Shown here: positions 46,070 through 53,275 of the stretch, in pieces
How the letters are laid out: every line of letters begins with the position of its first letter
Numbering within the stretch: position 1 is the first letter of the stretch
NCBI GenBank assembly: GCA_934098375.1
Contig: CAKOOC010000004.1
Span: 1 to 53,275, forward strand
Source of the DNA: an uncultured Bacilli bacterium
GTDB lineage: Bacteria > Bacillota_I > Bacilli_A > RF39 > UBA660
Reading direction: 5' to 3'
Length of the DNA: 53,275 nt
Position numbers and translations under genes: made by a program
Notes under the pieces: model-generated
What the model saw: only the letters and a program-made list of their open reading frames with translations
The model's database searches: none
What the model was told of the DNA's origin: nothing

Positions 46070-47815
46070 TTAATCTCTTATTTTAATATGTAACTCCCTT
46101 AATTGCTTTTCATCTAAAGTATTTGGGCCACCCATTAGTAAATCTACGCCCGAAACATTAGGTGGGAATACCTGTACTTCTCTTAAGTTTTCCTCCCCAG
46201 TTAAAAGCATAATCATTCTATCAATGCCAGGTGCCATTCCTGCATGAGGAGGTGCCCCATATTGAAATGCCGTATATAAAGATCTAAATTTATTTTTGAT
46301 AACTTCCTCATCATATCCGACTAAAGCAAACGCTTTCTTCATAATTTCGATATCATGATTTCTTACCGCTCCAGAGCTCATTTCATAACCATTGCAAACA
46401 AAATCATACTGTATTGCGGTTATATTAAGTGGTTCTTCATTATTAAGTGCATCTAACCCACCTTTTGGCATACTAAATGGATTATGCCCAAAATCAAGAT
46501 TTCCTGTTTCTTCATTTTCTTCAAACATTGGAAAATCATTAATAATACAAAATTCATATTTGTTTTCATCAATTAAATTGAGTTCTTTTCCCAGTTTATT
46601 TCTAAGTAATCCAGCATATTTAGGACATTTTTTCGGTGCATCTGCTACAATAAACAAAACATCTTTATCTTTTAGTAAAAACCTTTCCTTTAATAAATTT
46701 CTTTCCTCATCACTTAAAAACTTATCTAAGGATGACTTAAATGAACCATCTTCTAAAACTTTAATATAAGATAAACCACTTGCCCCGCCTGCTTTAACAA
46801 ATTCTTCCATTTCTTTAAACCAAGAGTTAGATTTTTCTACATTACTTACTTTAATAACTCTTATACATTTATTTTGAAAAGGTGTAAAAGTAGTATTTTT
46901 AAAAATTTCTGTCGCATCTTGAATAATTAATGGATTTCTTAAATCCGGTTTATCAGAGCCATAATTAAGCATTGCCTCTTTATAAGAAATTCTTCTAAAA
47001 GGTACTGGTGAAACTTCTTTATTACCAAAAGTTTTAAAAACATTATAAAAAACTTTTTCTCCGACCTTATAAACATCTTCTTCCGTCGCAAAACTCATCT
47101 CAAAATCTAACTGATAAAATTCTAAAGTACGATCTGCTCGGCAGTCTTCATCTCTAAAACAAGGCGCAATTTGAAAATATTTATTAAAACCACTCACCAT
47201 TAATAATTGCTTATAAATCTGTGGAGCTTGAGGAAGTGCATAAAACTTTCCTTTATAATTTCTAGATGGAATAACAAAGTCTCTTGCTCCTTCTGGACTA
47301 CTTGTCGTAATAATTGGCGTTGCGATTTCCGTAAAATTCATTTCCTTCATTAAAGTTCTAATATAATCAATTACCTTACTTCTAAATAAAACCATATTAT
47401 GATGTTTTTCATTTCTTAAATCCAAATAACGATACTTTAATCTAGTTTCCTCACTTGCTTTTTCCGGATGATTAATTTCAAATGGTAACGTAGTTAAACA
47501 TTTTCCTAAAATTTCAAAACTAACTAACTCTAGTTCAATGTCGCCTGTTTTCATATTTGGATTAATCATTTCTTTTGTTCTTTTTCTTACTATACCTTCT
47601 AATGTAATTGTACTTTCTCTTGTAACTCCATTAAATTCTTCTGGTTTATTACTAATAACTTGTATTGTTCCTGTTTCATCTCTAATTACCAAAAACATTA
47701 AATTAGTACCTAAGTTTCTAATTTGCTCAATCCATCCCGCAATGCGCACAGTTTTACCTTCTAAATCACTAGTAACTTCTGCCGCAAATAATTCACGATA
47801 CATATTCTCTTTCAT
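46070..47815 (-). CDS. aspS: Aspartate--tRNA ligase
   Basis: Class II motifs (FRDED, GGASGLS insertion domain, GMAPGIDR). I start it at ATG 47815 (MKENMYREL, SD AGAAGGA). The 12 extra codons in the track ORF are the T-box terminator stem. Confidence 0.93.
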   Translation of the reverse strand: MKENMYRELFAAEVTSDLEGKTVRIAGWIEQIRNLGTNLMFLVIRDETGTIQVISNKPEEFNGVTRESTITLEGIVRKRTKEMINPNMKTGDIELELVSFEILGKCLTTLPFEINHPEKASEETRLKYRYLDLRNEKHHNMVLFRSKVIDYIRTLMKEMNFTEIATPIITTSSPEGARDFVIPSRNYKGKFYALPQAPQIYKQLLMVSGFNKYFQIAPCFRDEDCRADRTLEFYQLDFEMSFATEEDVYKVGEKVFYNVFKTFGNKEVSPVPFRRISYKEAMLNYGSDKPDLRNPLIIQDATEIFKNTTFTPFQNKCIRVIKVSNVEKSNSWFKEMEEFVKAGGASGLSYIKVLEDGSFKSSLDKFLSDEERNLLKERFLLKDKDVLFIVADAPKKCPKYAGLLRNKLGKELNLIDENKYEFCIINDFPMFEENEETGNLDFGHNPFSMPKGGLDALNNEEPLNITAIQYDFVCNGYEMSSGAVRNHDIEIMKKAFALVGYDEEVIKNKFRSLYTAFQYGAPPHAGMAPGIDRMIMLLTGEENLREVQVFPPNVSGVDLLMGGPNTLDEKQLRELHIKIRD

Positions 47816-47835
47816 ATAAATCCTTCTTTCTACAT

Positions 47836-48042
47836 AAAAAAGAGTGCTCATCCCTAAAGGACGAAAGCACTCTTATCTTCCGCGGTACCACCTTTGTTCT
47901 ATTTCTAGCCCTCAAATGCTTAACGCGCAACACACGATTTATTTACGATTTAATGTCTTCTAAATAATCAGCATACTTAGTTCCACCACACCTAAGTTCT
48001 CTATAAATTTGATTAAATATACTCCTTTAAATCAATAATTAT
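47836..48042 (-). promoter_or_regulatory. T-box riboswitch leader, Asp specifier (GAC)
   Basis: - strand has AGAGA/AGTA stem I elements, a specifier-loop-like GAAGACA (GAC at 47955-47957), the T-box AAAGGTGGTACCGCG (47881-47895), and the terminator AAGAGTGCT-loop-AGCACTCTT plus U-run. Confidence 0.85.
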
Positions 48043-48048
48043 AAAATA

Positions 48049-48076
48049 ATTATAGTATTTTTTATTTAAAAGTCAA
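48049..48076 (-). promoter_or_regulatory. Sigma-A promoter of the aspS T-box leader
   Basis: - strand TTGACT, 16 nt spacer, TATAAT. Confidence 0.6.
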
Positions 48077-48079
48077 CTA

Positions 48080-48883
48080 CTAACTAATCTTTTTATTGCA
48101 TTTTATTTTTTCTTTAGAAGCATTAACAGCTGTGTCAATCATAGTTCTAGCAAGTAATACATTTGAATTATTATCCCCAAAATCTATTTTTCTTCTTGCC
48201 AAAGCTTTTCTATGGTAAGCATAATCTAATCCTTCCATAGTTGCTAAATCACTTTTTATTCCATACTTTTCATATACTGACGTTTTACCATTTTTAATAT
48301 CTTCTTCATTATGATGTTGCATTCCTAAAAAAACATCAATATCCATAGATGCTTCTGAAAAATCAGATCCAGAGCAGTCAATATAGCCATTAAAATTTTC
48401 ATCAATATCATTAATAAACATAAATGGATAAACTCCATCAGACAAATTACCATCTACCATTGATAATTTAATAGTAACGCCTTTGGACTCTTTAAAATCT
48501 GATTTATCAATCATAACATGATTAAAACTCATTCCTTTAAAATCAAGTGGGAATCTACCATTACGCATATCTAAATTATATACTTTTTGTGGATCAATAA
48601 CCGCATTGGTTAACGATAAATCAGCAAAAGCCATTGTCCCATTTAAGCAAACTCCAGCAAAACTTAATGCACTTATATCTAAATAACATAAAATATCTAT
48701 AATATCATCTCTTATAACTGCATAGCCTTTCGTTTCCATTTGGCTTTTATCAAAAACCAGTTGTTCTAATAAAGCTTTATCCTTGATATCTATTCTTTGA
48801 CCAATTGATAATTCACTTTGACTAATACGTTCTTTTAAATAATCTATTATTTCACAAACTTCTTTTTCACTTAACTTTAACAT
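48080..48883 (-). CDS. Hypothetical protein with pentapeptide-repeat-like central region
   Basis: 267 aa. Segments LSFAGVCLNGTMAFADLSLTNAVID, MSFNHVMIDKSDFKES and SGSDFSEAS look like loose A(D/N)(L/F)xx repeats. Otherwise unrecognised. Confidence 0.35.
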   Translation of the reverse strand: MLKLSEKEVCEIIDYLKERISQSELSIGQRIDIKDKALLEQLVFDKSQMETKGYAVIRDDIIDILCYLDISALSFAGVCLNGTMAFADLSLTNAVIDPQKVYNLDMRNGRFPLDFKGMSFNHVMIDKSDFKESKGVTIKLSMVDGNLSDGVYPFMFINDIDENFNGYIDCSGSDFSEASMDIDVFLGMQHHNEEDIKNGKTSVYEKYGIKSDLATMEGLDYAYHRKALARRKIDFGDNNSNVLLARTMIDTAVNASKEKIKCNKKIS

Positions 48884-48962
48884 AAAAAAAGCCCCCTTCT
48901 TTAAAGCCCGAATATTATACTACAAAATAAGCGATTAGTCAAATTATTTGTCCATTACTTGC

Positions 48963-49598
48963 TTATTTGTCTGTAATAGTATATGCTTTATTTGAAGTAG
49001 ACTTTACTAAATCATAATAATTTGCTTCTAAAATAGCCAGCACTTTAAAAGGTACCTTAATTATTGTATTTATATCTAATTTTCCCTCTTCATTAAGAGC
49101 CTGTTTAACTTTTCTTATATCATCTAAAGAAAGTCCTCGGTACAATCTATCATTTTTAAAATCCATGTTGTCATAAACGCCCTGATAAAATAAATAATGA
49201 TTTTGATTATCAAAGCCTCTCTTTAAAGAAGTTTCTTTATCATAACCACTTTTTGCTTCTGCATAAAACTGGCCACAAGCAAGAGTAATTAGTAAAAGCA
49301 ATATTGATACCGGTTTATTTTCGTCAAAAGAAATAATTGAAGCCATCTCTGTTAAAGTCATAATAAGGCCATTTCTCACTTTATTAATTCTTTTAGCTTC
49401 CATAGTCTGTTTAAATTTTCGAGCTATACTTTGACGATTAACACATTGTTTTTTCAAAATATCTAAAATAGCTTTCTCATTTTCTAAAGTTTCTTCATAA
49501 TAATCTTTTGTACCATCCGAATAATAAACTGTTATAAATCCATCATTTTTACTATAATAAGCTATATATTTGCTCATATTTTCAGCATCAAAATCCAT
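48963..49598 (-). CDS. Hypothetical protein with one central hydrophobic segment
   Basis: 211 aa. PVSILLLLITLACGQFYAEA is a possible TM. No recognisable motif. Confidence 0.4.
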   Translation of the reverse strand: MDFDAENMSKYIAYYSKNDGFITVYYSDGTKDYYEETLENEKAILDILKKQCVNRQSIARKFKQTMEAKRINKVRNGLIMTLTEMASIISFDENKPVSILLLLITLACGQFYAEAKSGYDKETSLKRGFDNQNHYLFYQGVYDNMDFKNDRLYRGLSLDDIRKVKQALNEEGKLDINTIIKVPFKVLAILEANYYDLVKSTSNKAYTITDK

Positions 49599-49681
49599 AT
49601 CCCACCATTAAAGCTAGCTTTCCTTTCACTAAAATATATTATAATTATTACAAATTAATGTTTATTATATCTTAAAATAGT

Positions 49682-51442
49682 CTATAAATCACTATCTTCC
49701 AAATATTTTTTTAATTTTTTAGCCACGTCATTAGGTAAACTCTCTTCTAAATCTTCTAGTGTAGCTTCTTTCATTTTTTTAACGCTGCCAAACTTTTTAA
49801 TTAATTCTCTTCTCCTCTTAGGTCCAATTCCTTCAACATTATCTAAAACACTTTGAATAGATCCTTTACTTCGTATTTGTCTATGATAATTAATTGTAAA
49901 ACGGTGTACTTCATCTTGAATTCTTGTTAAATAATGAAACAAATTACTTGTCCTATCAATTTTATATATCGTTAAAGTGTCTCCATCTAATAAATCATTT
50001 GTTCTGTGTTTATCATTTTTTACTAAACCACACACTTTTATATGTAAATTAAGTTCCTCTAAAACATCTTTAGCCGCATGAATCTGACTTATACCGCCAT
50101 CAACTAATATTAGTTCTGGAATTGTCTTTTCTAAAAGTGCCCTAAAATATCTTCTATAAATAACTTCTTTCATAGTATGATAATCATCATTCTTATCAAC
50201 CATTACTTTATACTTACGATATTTACTCCTATCTGGTTTACCATTAACATAAACAACCATTCCCGATACTGCAAACGAACCAAATAAGTTTGAATTATCA
50301 AAAACATCTATTCTATTTATACTAATTCCAAGTAATTTTTCTAATTCCTCATTAGCACCTTCACTTTTTTCTAGTTTATTCTCTATTAATTTAAATTTAT
50401 TATCTAAACTAATTGCCGCATTTTCTTTTGCCATCAAAAGAAGTTTTCTTTTCTGACCTCTTGAAATTTTAGTAAATTTAGTTTGAACTACTTCTTTTAA
50501 TATCTTTTCATCAAATTCATCAGGAATAATAATTTCTTTAGGAATTTCTTTTTTATTATAAAATAAAGCTAAATAATATTCCAATTCATTCATATAATCA
50601 TCAGTAACAACTTCAATCTCATTATAGTTTCCAATTAGTTTACCATTTCTAATAAATAATATTTCAATTGAAAGATACCCATTTTTAAATACATAGTTTA
50701 CTACATCTAAATTATCTTTACTTGAAAGTTCTACTTTTTGTTTTTCTAATACAATTGTCATATAATCAAGTTCTTTTTTTAATTCTAAAGCCAGTTCATA
50801 ATTTAAATTTTCTGAATAATACTCAATTTTTTCCTTTAGTTTATTTTTAATAATATCTTCATTTCCCTTTAAAAAGGATATTATTTCACTTTCCATTTTA
50901 AGTATTTCTTCTGGATTTATTTGTTTAGTGCAGTAGCCTAAACATTCATGAATATGATAGTACAAACATACTTCTTTAGGCATTCCTTCACATTTTTTTA
51001 AAGGATAAAGTCTATTTATTAAATTAACTATTCTTCTAGCAGCGTAAGCATTCACAAAAGGTCCAAATAATAATTTATCCTTATGTTTTTTTACTTTTAA
51101 ATATCTCACTACTTTTAAAGCCGGAAAAGGCTTTCTTGTATACTCAATATATGGATAACTTTTATCATCTTTCAAAAGAATATTATATTTTGGATTATAT
51201 TTTTTTATTAAGTTTATTTCTAAAATAAATGATTCTAGTTCCGTATTAGTAACTATATATTTAAAATAAGCAATATTAGAAATCATTTTTTGGGTTTTTC
51301 CAGTATGAGTTCCACGAAAATAAGAACTTAATCTTCTCTTTAAGTTTTTAGCTTTGCCAACATATATTACTACGTTATTTATATCATACATTTGGTATGA
51401 ACCAGGTTTTTCTGGTACTAACTTTAGTTCTTCTTTAAACAT
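49682..51442 (-). CDS. uvrC: Excinuclease ABC subunit C
   Basis: GIY-YIG (GSYQMYD..VIYVGKAKNLKRRL), UvrBC-interaction region, Endo V-like domain, C-terminal HhH (GIGPKRRRELIKKFGS). ATG 51442 preferred over the track's GTG 51451, but with low certainty. Confidence 0.93.
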   Translation of the reverse strand: MFKEELKLVPEKPGSYQMYDINNVVIYVGKAKNLKRRLSSYFRGTHTGKTQKMISNIAYFKYIVTNTELESFILEINLIKKYNPKYNILLKDDKSYPYIEYTRKPFPALKVVRYLKVKKHKDKLLFGPFVNAYAARRIVNLINRLYPLKKCEGMPKEVCLYYHIHECLGYCTKQINPEEILKMESEIISFLKGNEDIIKNKLKEKIEYYSENLNYELALELKKELDYMTIVLEKQKVELSSKDNLDVVNYVFKNGYLSIEILFIRNGKLIGNYNEIEVVTDDYMNELEYYLALFYNKKEIPKEIIIPDEFDEKILKEVVQTKFTKISRGQKRKLLLMAKENAAISLDNKFKLIENKLEKSEGANEELEKLLGISINRIDVFDNSNLFGSFAVSGMVVYVNGKPDRSKYRKYKVMVDKNDDYHTMKEVIYRRYFRALLEKTIPELILVDGGISQIHAAKDVLEELNLHIKVCGLVKNDKHRTNDLLDGDTLTIYKIDRTSNLFHYLTRIQDEVHRFTINYHRQIRSKGSIQSVLDNVEGIGPKRRRELIKKFGSVKKMKEATLEDLEESLPNDVAKKLKKYLEDSDL

Positions 51443-51480
51443 AACAATCACTATATATATTATTGCATATTTTTAAAAAT

Positions 51481-51509
51481 TTAAAAAGAGTTCTAATTCA
51501 TGAACTCTT
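51481..51509 (-). terminator. Rho-independent terminator after the glycine-rich gene
   Basis: - strand AAGAGTTC-loop-GAACTCTT followed by a U-run. Overlaps the stop codon. Confidence 0.7.
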
Positions 51510-53275
51510 TAATTTTCAGAAATAAATGTTATTTTTGCATAACCATTTCCTTGTTTTGCACAATTGGTTGTTGCTGATGAGTTTGTGCATGTTGTTGATG
51601 TTGTTTTAGTTGCCTCGGCGGTTGATTCAGTGCAGCTATAACAGTACATTGCTTTATTTGTAAGTAAAGTATTGCCAATAAAGCCAGAACCGCCAGCGCC
51701 ACCAGGTCCCCATTCTCCGCCATAGCCACCATAATATCCGCCGCCGCCTCCAGGAAAATAACCATTACCGGAACTAACAGCGGTGGTTGCGCCTAATCCG
51801 AATTTAAAACCTGATGTTTGAGAACCTCCAGTTGTTGGACTGTTTCCTACAGTATTTAAATAACCAGAGCTTCCCGATATACCGCCGCCGGTACCACCCA
51901 TTCCTTTACTACCGGCAGAATTATAATTATAATACATGGCGCCACCACCACCACCAGCAACAATTATTATTGAAGATTTACTGTTTTCTAAAGCTGAAAG
52001 TAATCCCGATTTAGTTGCGATATGGCTGGCACCACCGCCACCACCTACAAATCCATAAAAATCACTTACAACCGCTTTACCACCGCCATTATAGCCACCG
52101 CTCCAGCTTACAAATGTACCATTTTTTGAAGTGGTTACATTAGATGGTCCTTGTGAGCCGACATTTACATATAATATTTCATTTTGCTTCATATATATAG
52201 TACCAGTTGCATATCCACCATATCCACCAATTACCCCAGTTACAGTGCCACCATTGGTTCCACCAGAAACATTCCCACCTTGTGCTCCCCAAACTTCCAG
52301 TTTATAGTAACCAGATACGTTTGCGACAAATGTTTGCTCACCTTTGATACTATCAAATTCTTTATTTAACGTTACTCTATTATCAGTTGCCTTTGCAGTT
52401 AAAAACTGTACTTTTGCATAACCATTTCCTTGTTTCGCACAATTTTCGGTAGCAGATGAATTTGTGCATGTTGTAGATATTGTTTTGGTATCAGTTCCAG
52501 TTGAAGAAGGGCAATTATAGCAGTACATAACTTTATCCGTAAGCATAGAGTTGCCGATGTATCCTGAGCCTCCAGCTCCCGGACCCCATGATCCAGCACT
52601 TCCGCCATAGTAGCCACCGCCGCCTCCGCCATGATATCCATTACCACTGGTCACGGAAGAAAATCCGCCATTGCCAAATGCTGCACCTGATGTTTGAGTC
52701 CCTGGTGAAGTATGAACTGCATTATTTCTATAACTATAAGTGCCATTTATACCACCTCCGCCACCGCCCATACCTTTTATACCAGCAGAATCATAATTAT
52801 AATAACCTGAGCCGCCGCCGCCTCCAGCTACAAGTACAATTTTTTCTTTATTTTCCGCAAGGGTTGAAAGCAATCCCGATTTAGTTGCAATATGACTGGC
52901 GCCGCCGCCGCCACCGGCAAATCCATAATAATCACTTACAACCGCCTTACCACCGCCATTATATCCTCCATCTTTTCTTACAAATGTACCGTTTGTTGAT
53001 GTAGTTACATTAGAAGGCCCTTGGCCGCCTACATTTATATACAATATTTCTCCTTGTTCTAAATAAAAAAGTCCTGTTGAATAGCCTCCATATCCACCTA
53101 CTAATCCTGAAACAGTACCACCATTTGTGCCACCAGTAACATTTCCACCTTGCGCTCCCCATGTTTCTAATTTATATAAACCGCTATGAGGTGCAGTTAA
53201 TGTTTGTTCTGATCCAGTAAAATCAAAATTCCATGTTTGCTGCCATAATGCCTTTATACTTACGTTATTTGATCC
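51509..53275 (-). CDS. Glycine-rich-domain protein with two tandem modules, 5' end outside the window
   Basis: The frame is open from 53044 to the window edge (..WNFDFTGSEQTLTAPHSGLYKLETWGAQGGNVTGG..), and the track's start is only an internal TTG. Two ~293-aa modules each carry WGAQGGN, GGYGGY, ILYxNVGxQGPS, GGGGGASHIATKSG, VAGGGGG, GGGGGYYGG, a CYxC..C..C cysteine set and a GNGYAK end. Confidence 0.8.
   Translation of the reverse strand, partial: GSNNVSIKALWQQTWNFDFTGSEQTLTAPHSGLYKLETWGAQGGNVTGGTNGGTVSGLVGGYGGYSTGLFYLEQGEILYINVGGQGPSNVTTSTNGTFVRKDGGYNGGGKAVVSDYYGFAGGGGGASHIATKSGLLSTLAENKEKIVLVAGGGGGSGYYNYDSAGIKGMGGGGGGINGTYSYRNNAVHTSPGTQTSGAAFGNGGFSSVTSGNGYHGGGGGGYYGGSAGSWGPGAGGSGYIGNSMLTDKVMYCYNCPSSTGTDTKTISTTCTNSSATENCAKQGNGYAKVQFLTAKATDNRVTLNKEFDSIKGEQTFVANVSGYYKLEVWGAQGGNVSGGTNGGTVTGVIGGYGGYATGTIYMKQNEILYVNVGSQGPSNVTTSKNGTFVSWSGGYNGGGKAVVSDFYGFVGGGGGASHIATKSGLLSALENSKSSIIIVAGGGGGAMYYNYNSAGSKGMGGTGGGISGSSGYLNTVGNSPTTGGSQTSGFKFGLGATTAVSSGNGYFPGGGGGYYGGYGGEWGPGGAGGSGFIGNTLLTNKAMYCYSCTESTAEATKTTSTTCTNSSATTNCAKQGNGYAKITFISEN
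51509..53275 (-). repeat. Tandem direct repeat, period 879 bp (module duplication inside the glycine-rich gene)
   Basis: GCATAACCATTTCC occurs at 51537 and 52416. Flanking sequence is collinear with scattered substitutions, and the encoded modules align end to end. Confidence 0.8.

Noticed and set aside
45427-47819. ORFs 45427..45639(+), 46392..46769(+), 47538..47819(+)
   Set aside because: Antisense within metG and aspS.
47816-47851. First 12 codons (MSTLFYVERRIY) of the track's aspS ORF
   Set aside because: This stretch is the 3' arm and U-run of the T-box terminator. A proper SD precedes the ATG at 47815.
51529-52884. ORFs 51529..51765(-), 51814..52014(+), 52184..52369(+), 52399..52647(-), 52588..52884(+)
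   Set aside because: They are alternative frames or strands of the glycine-rich gene. GGN-rich coding sequence leaves other frames stop-poor, and the repeats explain why these ORFs come in pairs.
1-53275. CRISPR array, prophage, plasmid backbone, rRNA operon or alternative genetic code (UGA=Trp)
   Set aside because: I saw no short direct repeats with unique spacers, no phage structural, integrase or replication-initiator genes, and no rRNA-like sequence. All housekeeping ORFs are full length under the standard code, with TGA used as a stop (for example at the end of rarA).

Overview
This is a strongly AT-rich chromosomal segment from a low-GC Bacillota-type bacterium. It uses the standard code (UGA acts as stop) and carries sporulation-type genes (spoIVB-like, spoIIM-like). 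Most of it is compact housekeeping DNA. On the + strand: nusB-xseA-xseB, psd, tRNA-His, pnuC, tsaC, lemA-DUF2207, an overlapping chain rbgA-rnhB-ltaS-like-topA, an rnfC/rnfD-like pair, dnaG-rpoD-trmK, an NlpC/P60 hydrolase, spoIIM-like and mnmA. On the - strand: zupT, xerD-like, tcdA, gatCAB, hisS, metG, aspS (with an Asp T-box) and uvrC. The coding-strand bias flips at a textbook XerCD dif site (29583-29610) inside a 761-bp ORF-free, extremely AT-rich gap, so the window spans the replication terminus. Several items are not explained by routine annotation. (1) A translationally coupled HerA-like ATPase plus TtcA-like PP-loop enzyme plus a small orphan lie next to an IS3 relic; this is my best candidate for an undescribed module. 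(2) A promoter-to-terminator unit encodes a ~170-nt structured RNA upstream of tcdA, possibly 6S-like. (3) Both window edges cut through paralogous glycine-rich-domain proteins, one with an 879-bp tandem module duplication. (4) An orphan, motif-degenerate RnfC/RnfD-like pair. (5) Two short genes missed by the ORF track (35-aa Asn/Arg-rich peptide, 37-aa membrane peptide). I found no rRNA, CRISPR array or intact mobile element. All calls come from reading the sequence and from motif memory; no searches were run.
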